DNA of 41,255 nucleotides from a virus. The notes under the pieces were generated by a model that saw nothing but the letters and a program-made list of their open reading frames with translations, had not been told where the DNA came from and did not search any database. Where the stretch lies: IMG/VR virus record IMGVR_UViG_3300008255_000048; one strand, 5' to 3'. Position numbers and translations under genes: made by a program. This document shows positions 6,455 to 12,637 of this stretch, piece by piece (positions within the stretch are counted from its first letter, which is position 1; every line of letters starts with the position of its first letter).

Positions 6455-7231
6455 TTACTCCTCTACTGCTGCGATCGCCCGGAAATAGGCAATGATAGCT
6501 TCTGTCTCGGACCTCTTTTGTCCGGGCTCATACTCAGCAGCGTGGGCCTCAAAGGCATCAAGCGTCATTGCACGACAACCAAATCTGCCGAAAGGCTGAC
6601 CATCTTCGGTCAAAAACAGGAGCCCCTCGTAACCATCATAAATTCGCGTGGCGCGCGCAAGCAGGCGCTCAATCTTGACGCCTTCGGCAATGACGGCATT
6701 GCGCAGGTCGGTATTGCGCAGGTCGGCACCGCGCAGGTCGGCATTGCGCAGGTCGGCACCGCGCAGGTTGGCACCGCGCAGGTCGGCATTGCGCAGGTTG
6801 GCACCGCGCAGGTTGGCACCGCGCAGGTCGGCACCGCGCAGGTCGGCATTGCGCAGGTTGGCACCGCGCAGGTCGGCATAGCACAGGTCGGCATCGCGCA
6901 GGTTGGCACCGCGCAGGTCGGCATAGCACAGGTCGGCATCGCTCAGGTCGGCATCGCTCAGGTTGGCACCGCGCAGGTCGGCACCGCGCAGGTCGGCATT
7001 GCGCAGGTTGGCATTGCGCAGGTTGGCACCGCGCAGGTTGGCACCGCGCAGGTCGGCACCGCGCAGGTCGGCATAGCGCAGGTCGGCATAGCACAGGTTG
7101 GCACCGTTAGCGACGGCCCATTTGACCGCCAATCCCATTTTTACGGAAGCGGGTGCATCGTCGGCACAGTCAATTTGTGCCGTAAATTGAACAGCCCCAC
7201 TAAAACCGTTCAGGACATTAAACTTGATCAT
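6455..7231 (-). CDS. Pentapeptide-repeat protein (about 27 A(D/N)LXX repeats), first gene of the leftward early operon
   Basis: Reads ANLCYADLRYADLRGADLRGANLRGANLRNANLRN... The start is set at ATG 7231 (MIKFNVLNGFSG...) because aaggagga lies 6-8 nt upstream. The track start at 7393 would run through the promoter region. The C-terminal domain contains YDGY...GRFGCRAMTLDAFEAH. Confidence 0.85.
   Translation of the reverse strand: MIKFNVLNGFSGAVQFTAQIDCADDAPASVKMGLAVKWAVANGANLCYADLRYADLRGADLRGANLRGANLRNANLRNADLRGADLRGANLSDADLSDADLCYADLRGANLRDADLCYADLRGANLRNADLRGADLRGANLRGANLRNADLRGANLRGADLRNADLRGADLRNTDLRNAVIAEGVKIERLLARATRIYDGYEGLLFLTEDGQPFGRFGCRAMTLDAFEAHAAEYEPGQKRSETEAIIAYFRAIAAVEE
6701..7105. 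repeat. Tandem array of 27 near-identical 15-bp units (gcgcaggt[c/t]ggca[c/t/a][c/t/a]) encoding the pentapeptide repeats
   Basis: Strict 15-nt periodicity over 405 bp. Variation is confined to about 3-4 positions per unit. Nearly all six frames are open across it. Confidence 0.95.
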
Positions 7232-7367
7232 TGTGTCCTCCTTTTCGATGCGTGGACCATGCCCTATAGTTTTCGGGCAGTCAATAAAATAATTCGCGCA
7301 TCTGCAAAAATATGTATTGCCGCTCATTATTTCTGTCGTTATAAAGCTGGCAGGATAAACAGCGGGT
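7232..7367. promoter_or_regulatory. Divergent early control region between the leftward and rightward operons
   Basis: AT-rich 136-bp gap between divergent genes. A rightward sigma70-like element is present: TTGCCG (7317-7322), 17 nt, TATAAA (7340-7345). The leftward promoter was not confidently placed. Confidence 0.5.
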
Positions 7368-7601
7368 ATGGCCATGACAGTTGCAGAAATCATTCAGGCG
7401 TTTCAGCCGATCCCTTTTATGTCGCGGGAAGCGATGGCCCGGCATATGGGCATAAGGTCCGGCGGGCAGGTGATCAGCGCGTGGATAAAGCACGACCGCA
7501 TCCCCGGTAAATACTGGGCGGAAATTGTATCGCTGGCAGAAAAGCACGGCGTTGAGGGTATCACCCTTGAGGCCTTAGCCAAGCATCACGGGGGGAAGTG
7601 A
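7368..7601 (+). CDS. Cro/YdaS-like HTH DNA-binding protein
   Basis: 77 aa. REAMARHMGIRSGGQVISAWIKHDRIPGKYW resembles the Cro/YdaS HTH pattern. It is the first gene of the rightward operon. Confidence 0.6.
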   Translation: MAMTVAEIIQAFQPIPFMSREAMARHMGIRSGGQVISAWIKHDRIPGKYWAEIVSLAEKHGVEGITLEALAKHHGGK

Positions 7602-7885
7602 TGGCCGATATAGATTTGCAAGCCCTGATCGCCGCGCCTTACGGTGTTGCCGAACGAGAATTGAAAGCCGCCGGGTATTGGGATGGAGGAGAGTCCGAGG
7701 GCGACACGACTTATACGGTCAATGCCGAATGGTCTGTCGGCTACCGTGGCGAGATTGAGGTCGAGGCATATACCGAAGCCCAGGCGCTCGAAAAAGCGCG
7801 CGAAATGATCAAGTCGTGGCCGGATGAAAACGGGAGCGTCAAGTGCGTCGAGATTTATGATCTATCTATCGAGGGTGCGTCATGA
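7601..7885 (+). CDS. Hypothetical acidic protein (94 aa)
   Basis: ATG 7601 overlaps the upstream TGA (gtgatgg). The track start at 7598 is a GTG. Confidence 0.55.
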   Translation: MADIDLQALIAAPYGVAERELKAAGYWDGGESEGDTTYTVNAEWSVGYRGEIEVEAYTEAQALEKAREMIKSWPDENGSVKCVEIYDLSIEGAS

Positions 7886-8124
7886 CGCCCCAGCCCGACT
7901 CTTCTGGCATCGTAGAGGTCTGCCGCTGGCCGCTCGGTGACCCGGCGAAAGAAGATTTCCGTTTCTGCGGGCGTCAAACGCGGCAGATCGCTGACGGGGG
8001 CAGCCGGGTCTATTGCGACAAGCACCATGAGATCGCGCACACAAAGCCGAGGCCGAAGCGGGATCGCTCCGGCACTCTTGAAGGCTTCCTCGACTACATA
8101 TCTTCAAAGCGGCGGGTGGCGTGA
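7882..8124 (+). CDS. GcrA C-terminal-domain-only protein
   Basis: 80 aa. CRWPLGDPAKEDFRFCGRQT...RVYCDKHHEIAH matches the GcrA C-terminal (CxWPxGDP...FxFCG...YCxxH) region. No N-terminal DNA-binding domain is present. Confidence 0.75.
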   Translation: MTPQPDSSGIVEVCRWPLGDPAKEDFRFCGRQTRQIADGGSRVYCDKHHEIAHTKPRPKRDRSGTLEGFLDYISSKRRVA

Positions 8125-8318
8125 TGAGCGTTCGGATCATCGTCGATGACGTTATCAACGGGCTGTCAAGGCTGGACGCGGACAGCGCCGATTGCGTTGT
8201 CACTTCGCCGCCCTACTGGGGGCTGCGCGACTATGGCGTCGAGGGACAAATTGGGCTTGAGCCGACGCTCGCGCCGCTGGAAGCCAGGATCAAAGTCAAT
8301 CCGGGTGACATTAGCTAA
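8124..8318 (+). pseudogene. N-terminal remnant of an N6-adenine/N4-cytosine DNA methyltransferase (N6_N4_Mtase type)
   Basis: Only about 64 codons remain: SADCVVTSPPYWGLRDYGVEGQIGLEPT (the catalytic SPPY motif region). The similarity then ends and a stop follows at 8316-8318. No SAM-binding (DPFxGSGTT-like) motif occurs downstream in any frame. Confidence 0.7.
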
Positions 8319-8352
8319 TTCACCCGTAACTGGTTTAACAAGGAGAGTGAAT

Positions 8353-8562
8353 ATGACGAAGCGCAGAAATGAAAAGCTGGAATTGAAAGTTGGCAAGACG
8401 TATGAGACGGCGACGGGTTCGCGGTGGAAGTGTGTGAGAAAGACTGGCCTTGTTAGCTACCCGTTCTTGTGTGAATCTGACCGTATGCCTGCGGACATAC
8501 GCGGCATGTTCCCGATTGAGTGCCTGAATACGGCATCGGAATATGACCACTTCTTCGCCTAA
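8353..8562 (+). CDS. Hypothetical protein (69 aa) in a visibly AT-richer segment
   Basis: ATG 8353 is preceded by caaggagag. Composition differs from the flanking sequence and there is no recognisable motif. Confidence 0.45.
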   Translation: MTKRRNEKLELKVGKTYETATGSRWKCVRKTGLVSYPFLCESDRMPADIRGMFPIECLNTASEYDHFFA

Positions 8563-8707
8563 TGCCTGCGTGATGAATCTGATCGCGACCGCAAGCACAC
8601 GCCAGACAGGGACCGGAAGCCCAAAACAAAAACCCGTATTCGTAAGATGCAATCCCAAAAGTTTGACAAGCGATACACAAGGAAGATGTCAGGGGAGGTG
8701 ATGCGCT

Positions 8708-9082
8708 GTGAGTAAGCTAAAAATTCAACTTCTATATCCGCCTGCAACCCTTAATCCGAATGGCCGGAACCACTGGGCTGCGGTGGCAAGAGTAAGGTGC
8801 CTCTATCGTGCAACGTGCCGGGTAATGACTGCTGGTGAGAAGAACCGCTTAGGCTATAAATCGGCATCACGGCCTCACGTCATCATCACATTCCATCCGC
8901 CGGACAAGCGCAAGCGCGATATGGATAATATGATTGCGGCTTTCAAAGCCGGGCAAGATGGGGTCGCTGACGCAATAGGCGTTGACGATTCAAAGTGGGT
9001 ATCATCATATCGCATTGGCCAGCCGGTTAAAGGTGGTTTGGTCATTGTTGAGATAGGAGGGAATCAAGATGAAGTGGACTGA
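8708..9082 (+). CDS. rusA: RusA-family Holliday junction resolvase
   Basis: 124 aa. GTG start at 8708 with a ggggaggtg SD. NPNGRNHWAAVAR...PDKRKRDMDNMIAAFKAGQDGVADAIGVDD matches the RusA pattern. Confidence 0.75.
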   Translation: MSKLKIQLLYPPATLNPNGRNHWAAVARVRCLYRATCRVMTAGEKNRLGYKSASRPHVIITFHPPDKRKRDMDNMIAAFKAGQDGVADAIGVDDSKWVSSYRIGQPVKGGLVIVEIGGNQDEVD

Positions 9083-9758
9083 ATCCGAGGAGGACACGCT
9101 TATAAAGCTATGGAATGAAGGGGTGCTTTTAAAGCATATCAGCGCACGGCTAGGCCGCAATGTGCTTGCAATTCAATATAAGCGGCACTTGCTTGCCCTT
9201 CCCGGACGCAAGCGCGGGACGCAAGGCGAAGCATGGAAGCCGGAGGTGATTGAAACGCTATCTCGCATGTGGTCGCAAGGGTATTCTGCTAGCCAGATTG
9301 CCAATGAATTACCCGATGGCATCAGCCGCAACGCTGTGACCGGCAAGGTGCATCGGCTCGGGATTGCCGAACGTAGCGTAATAGCGAAACCCGGCGAGAA
9401 GAAGGCGAAAAAAGTATCAGCCTCATCGGCTAAAAGCAAGCGTGCCGCGGCTAGGCCTAAAGCCAAGGCGCGTGTTTCTGCACCTTCCGTCAGTGAGCCG
9501 GAGGCTATCCCTGCGACGGGTATAACCATTGATGAAATACCGATGCGTGGCCGGTGCCGATGTCCGCACGGCGACCCGTCACAGGACAGCTTCCGCTATT
9601 GCGGACACAAGACGGGGTTTACCAGTGAGGGGACGAATCGTGTTTATTGCGATACGCATCATGCCGTTGCTCATATCCCGGACAAGCCGAAAAGAAAGCG
9701 CAGTGCATCTATGGAGAGGTTCCTTGATTGCCTGACGTCCAAGCGGGTTCGTGCATGA
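9069..9758 (+). CDS. gcrA: GcrA-like cell-cycle-type transcription factor with an extra degenerate N-terminal copy
   Basis: 229 aa. WKPEVIETLSRMWSQGYSASQIANELPDGISRNAVTGKVHRLGI matches the GcrA N-domain. It is preceded by a weaker copy (WTESEEDTLIKLWNEGVLLKHISARLGRN). The C-terminal RCRCPHGDPSQDSFRYCGHKT...RVYCDTHHAVAH matches the GcrA C-domain. Confidence 0.85.
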   Translation: MKWTESEEDTLIKLWNEGVLLKHISARLGRNVLAIQYKRHLLALPGRKRGTQGEAWKPEVIETLSRMWSQGYSASQIANELPDGISRNAVTGKVHRLGIAERSVIAKPGEKKAKKVSASSAKSKRAAARPKAKARVSAPSVSEPEAIPATGITIDEIPMRGRCRCPHGDPSQDSFRYCGHKTGFTSEGTNRVYCDTHHAVAHIPDKPKRKRSASMERFLDCLTSKRVRA

Positions 9759-10120
9759 CAGACCGCGACAGGATTGAGGAGCTGGAAGCCGAAATTGCCA
9801 ACCTGCGGGCCACAATAGCGGAACTGACCGGAGATGGGCGATATGCCTTCCCGGATGAGTGGAAGCTGCGACCTACCGAAGCGCGGATATTATCCGTTAT
9901 CGCGGATAGGGGCATGGCAACGCATGAGGGTCTGTATCTTTACCTTTATTCCGACAGGCTCGATCCGCCTGGGTCAAACAGCGTTGCCGTGATGGTCAGT
10001 AATATTCGCCGGAACGCCCCTGTCAAGATCATCTGCAAGCGGGGGATAGGCTATAGCACCAGCCAAGCGGATCACAGGATGCTGGCGAGATACAAGGTAG
10101 GTTCTGGCAATGGGAGATGA
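9755..10120 (+). CDS. Coiled-coil plus winged-helix (OmpR/PhoB-like C-terminal) DNA-binding protein
   Basis: ATG 9755 overlaps the gcrA-like stop (ATGA). LRPTEARILSVIADRG...VAVMVSNIRRNAPVKIICKRGIGYS resembles a Trans_reg_C effector domain. Confidence 0.55.
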   Translation: MTDRDRIEELEAEIANLRATIAELTGDGRYAFPDEWKLRPTEARILSVIADRGMATHEGLYLYLYSDRLDPPGSNSVAVMVSNIRRNAPVKIICKRGIGYSTSQADHRMLARYKVGSGNGR

Positions 10121-11459
10121 ACCGGACACACGGCCTCATAATATCGAAGCGGAACAGGCGCTGTTGGGCGCGATCCTGTATGATAATTCGCTCATAGAAG
10201 ATATAGGATGGCTGCATCCGGATCACTTTTATGATCCCGTCCATAAGCGAATATATGATTGGTGCTTGTCTGTTATTAACAGGGGCAGGCTGGCGGACGC
10301 TTTAACCCTACGTGAGGCGGCACAGAACGACGCTGGGCTCGCGGATATAGGCGGGGCGTCCTATTTGGCCGTTTTGCTTGAAACGGCGGCTGACGGGGCA
10401 TCTGCAACCGAATACGCCCGGATGATCGAGGACTTTTCAAAGCGCCGGACTCTTGTCGGTCTGGTGCAGGATGCAATGGCCGATGCGGTGACGGCGGAAA
10501 GCGCCGATCAAAGTATTGAGGCGCTTGAAGTCAAGCTGTCGGAATTATCCGGCACAACGCAAGACATAAATTCGATAAGTGTAGGTGATGCACTGCGAAA
10601 GGCGCTGGATCAGCCGGTGGCGGCGTTGCCGACAGGGCTCAAGGACCTTGACGACATGAATGTTATAGCCCCTTCGCTGATTATTGTTGGCGGGCGCAGC
10701 TCTATGGGAAAATCGGCATTTACGCTAGATATGGCCCGCCGCACTGCCGAACGTGGAATGGCTAGCCTCATCCTGTCAAATGAGATGACGGATCGGCAGA
10801 TAGCGGCCCGTCTGGCATCGCCGTATTGCCATGTTCCTTACACCGACATCATTCACGGGAAGGCGTATGGCGAGGATCGTGGAAGGGTTGTCGACACTTT
10901 GGAAAACCTGGACGCTTTACCGCTTACGATCATCTGCGTCCCTGGCGCGGGCGTAGGGGCAATTCAGGCTATTGTCCGCCGTTGGAAGCGGGAGCAGGAA
11001 AAGGCCGGGCGTGAGTTAGGGATTATCGCACTGGATTATATCCAGAACGTCAAGGGCGAAGGCAAGTCTCTTTATGAAAGCATGTCCGGAATCGCCACAG
11101 GATTGCAGACGATGCAATTGAAGCTGGATGTTACGCTGATCGCGGCTTGCCAGATCAATCGCGCGAATGAGGGGCAGAAGGATCGCAGTCCGACGCTGGC
11201 CCAGCTCAGGGATTCCGGCAAGATTGAAGAGGTCGCGGATAGCGTAATCTTGCTGCATCGTGAAGGTTATTATGCCGAACGGGAAAAGCCAAAATCTGAT
11301 CCGTTTGAAGAAAACGAACGCCGGTCGCGGGCAACATCTCGCGAGGTTCAGGTTGACATAGCGAAAAACCGTCACGGTGCTATCGGGAAAATCAGCCTTT
11401 GGGCGGACCTTCGATTGAATTTATTTGACAACTGGGCGCGTGATGGCTATGGTTCCTGA
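10110..11459 (+). CDS. dnaB: DnaB-type replicative DNA helicase
   Basis: 449 aa. The N-terminus has HNIEAEQALLGAILYDN. Walker A is GGRSSMGKSAF. It also carries LRDSGKIEEVADSVILLHRE. Confidence 0.9.
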   Translation: MGDEPDTRPHNIEAEQALLGAILYDNSLIEDIGWLHPDHFYDPVHKRIYDWCLSVINRGRLADALTLREAAQNDAGLADIGGASYLAVLLETAADGASATEYARMIEDFSKRRTLVGLVQDAMADAVTAESADQSIEALEVKLSELSGTTQDINSISVGDALRKALDQPVAALPTGLKDLDDMNVIAPSLIIVGGRSSMGKSAFTLDMARRTAERGMASLILSNEMTDRQIAARLASPYCHVPYTDIIHGKAYGEDRGRVVDTLENLDALPLTIICVPGAGVGAIQAIVRRWKREQEKAGRELGIIALDYIQNVKGEGKSLYESMSGIATGLQTMQLKLDVTLIAACQINRANEGQKDRSPTLAQLRDSGKIEEVADSVILLHREGYYAEREKPKSDPFEENERRSRATSREVQVDIAKNRHGAIGKISLWADLRLNLFDNWARDGYGS

Positions 11460-11488
11460 TTGGTGTGAGAAGCCTGACTAAACGGCCT

Positions 11489-11577
11489 CCTAGCGCTCCA
11501 GTGTGTCGCTCGGTGGCTTTAAGCCCGCCGTCCGCCGTTACGGTGTTCTCAACCGAGCGGCACTCTAGAGTGCTAGG
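11489..11577 (+). promoter_or_regulatory. Long imperfect inverted repeat (26-nt arms) overlapping the RBS of the downstream replication gene
   Basis: Arm cctagcgctccagtgtgtcgctcggt (11489-11514) pairs with accgagcggcactctagagtgctagg (11552-11577): 22 Watson-Crick pairs, 2 G-U and 2 mismatches. The right arm includes part of the aggaga SD (11575-11580). Confidence 0.5.
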
Positions 11578-11585
11578 AGATTGAA

Positions 11586-12368
11586 ATGTCAGTTCAAGCT
11601 ATAACATGGGCGATGTCCCAGATAGTTGATTCCTCATCACAGAAATTGGTTTTGATTTGCCTTGCGAATTACGTTGATCAAGATGGCATATGCTGGCCGG
11701 GGCAGAAGCGGTTAGGGCAAGATGCCTCCATGACTGACAGATCAGTCAGAACGGCGCTGAACGGATTAGAGGGTGCTGGCTTCATTATCAGAAAGCGCAG
11801 GAAGCGCGAAGATGGCACCCGGACGAGTGACGAATATCAGCTTATGATCAACCGGAAAAATCTTCCGCTAGATGGGGGGGCTACCGGAAAAATTTGCACA
11901 CCCTACCGGAAAAATCTTCCGGGCAATGAACCTGTAAGAGAACCATCAGTAGAAGGTATGTCGCACAAGCGCGACGTGTCCGCCCGTTTAGTTCGTGATG
12001 AGATATGGGAATTATGGCCTATCAAGGGACGTAGGAGATCAAGTCAGAAGAAAACGCTAACGGCTCTGGCGAGCCTTTTGAAAAGCCATGATCCGCAAGC
12101 GATTGTCAGAGGCGTGAAGTCGTATCTTGCGAGCGATGACGCCAAGGATGGCGAAGGCCAGTATGTTCCGGGTCTGGATAGGTGGCTCCGGGATGAGAAG
12201 TTCGAGGAATGGGCGCGGGCCGGAACGCCCGGCGGCACAAACTGGAGGGGCGAGATTATGCTGTTCATGGAACACGGCTGCTGGAGGCCTGATGGCCCTG
12301 AACCTGGAAAGCCGGGTTGCAAAGCCCCGGCGGATATTTTGGCAGAATGTGGATTTGGCGATGACTGA
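11586..12368 (+). CDS. Replication organiser/initiator-like HTH protein
   Basis: 260 aa. AITWAMSQ...SQKLVLICLANYVDQDGICWPGQKRLGQDASMTDRSVRTALNGLEGAGFI is the winged-helix/HTH_36 pattern common in phage replication proteins. It is adjacent to dnaB. Confidence 0.6.
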   Translation: MSVQAITWAMSQIVDSSSQKLVLICLANYVDQDGICWPGQKRLGQDASMTDRSVRTALNGLEGAGFIIRKRRKREDGTRTSDEYQLMINRKNLPLDGGATGKICTPYRKNLPGNEPVREPSVEGMSHKRDVSARLVRDEIWELWPIKGRRRSSQKKTLTALASLLKSHDPQAIVRGVKSYLASDDAKDGEGQYVPGLDRWLRDEKFEEWARAGTPGGTNWRGEIMLFMEHGCWRPDGPEPGKPGCKAPADILAECGFGDD

Positions 12369-12585
12369 CCGACCTATTGTAACAAATTACGCGGACTACA
12401 TGTCGGTATGCCTTGCCGATGGCGTATCCCCGGCGGAGGCGTATCGGTCCTACCGCCACGCCTATCGGTGTGCATTGTCAGGCCGGTCATGGGATTATGA
12501 GTATCGAATCCGCTCCAAGGGCATCAAGGGAGCCAAGCGCGATTACAGTGACGCATCATACGCTAACGAGGAGATGGCGACGTGA
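12361..12585 (+). CDS. Hypothetical protein (74 aa)
   Basis: ATG 12361 overlaps the upstream stop (atgactga). The track ORF 12127.. is an upstream extension in the same frame. Confidence 0.45.
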   Translation: MTDRPIVTNYADYMSVCLADGVSPAEAYRSYRHAYRCALSGRSWDYEYRIRSKGIKGAKRDYSDASYANEEMAT

Positions 12586-12637
12586 CCACATTCAAGGCCC
12601 GAATTAATGCCTGGTTGCGGGGCATGGGAGGTCAGGG

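Noticed and set aside
6701-7105. Highly regular short repeats that could be mistaken for a CRISPR array or a non-coding satellite
   Set aside because: The period is 15 nt with no unique spacers. The repeats are in frame and translate to canonical A(D/N)LXX pentapeptide repeats on the minus strand, within an ORF that has a strong SD.
6248-7510. 420-aa plus-strand ORF (GIAQVGTAQVG...), along with other overlapping ORFs across the repeat (6610-6939, 6669-7094, 6648-6881)
   Set aside because: These are shadow frames kept open by the repetitive, stop-poor 15-mer. The plus ORF would run through the divergent promoter region and into the Cro-like gene, and it has no SD.
11489-11577. tRNA or tRNA-like gene in the dnaB/replication-gene spacer
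   Set aside because: The outer stem is 26 bp, far longer than an acceptor stem. The interior does not give D, anticodon or T arms or the conserved GTTC motif.
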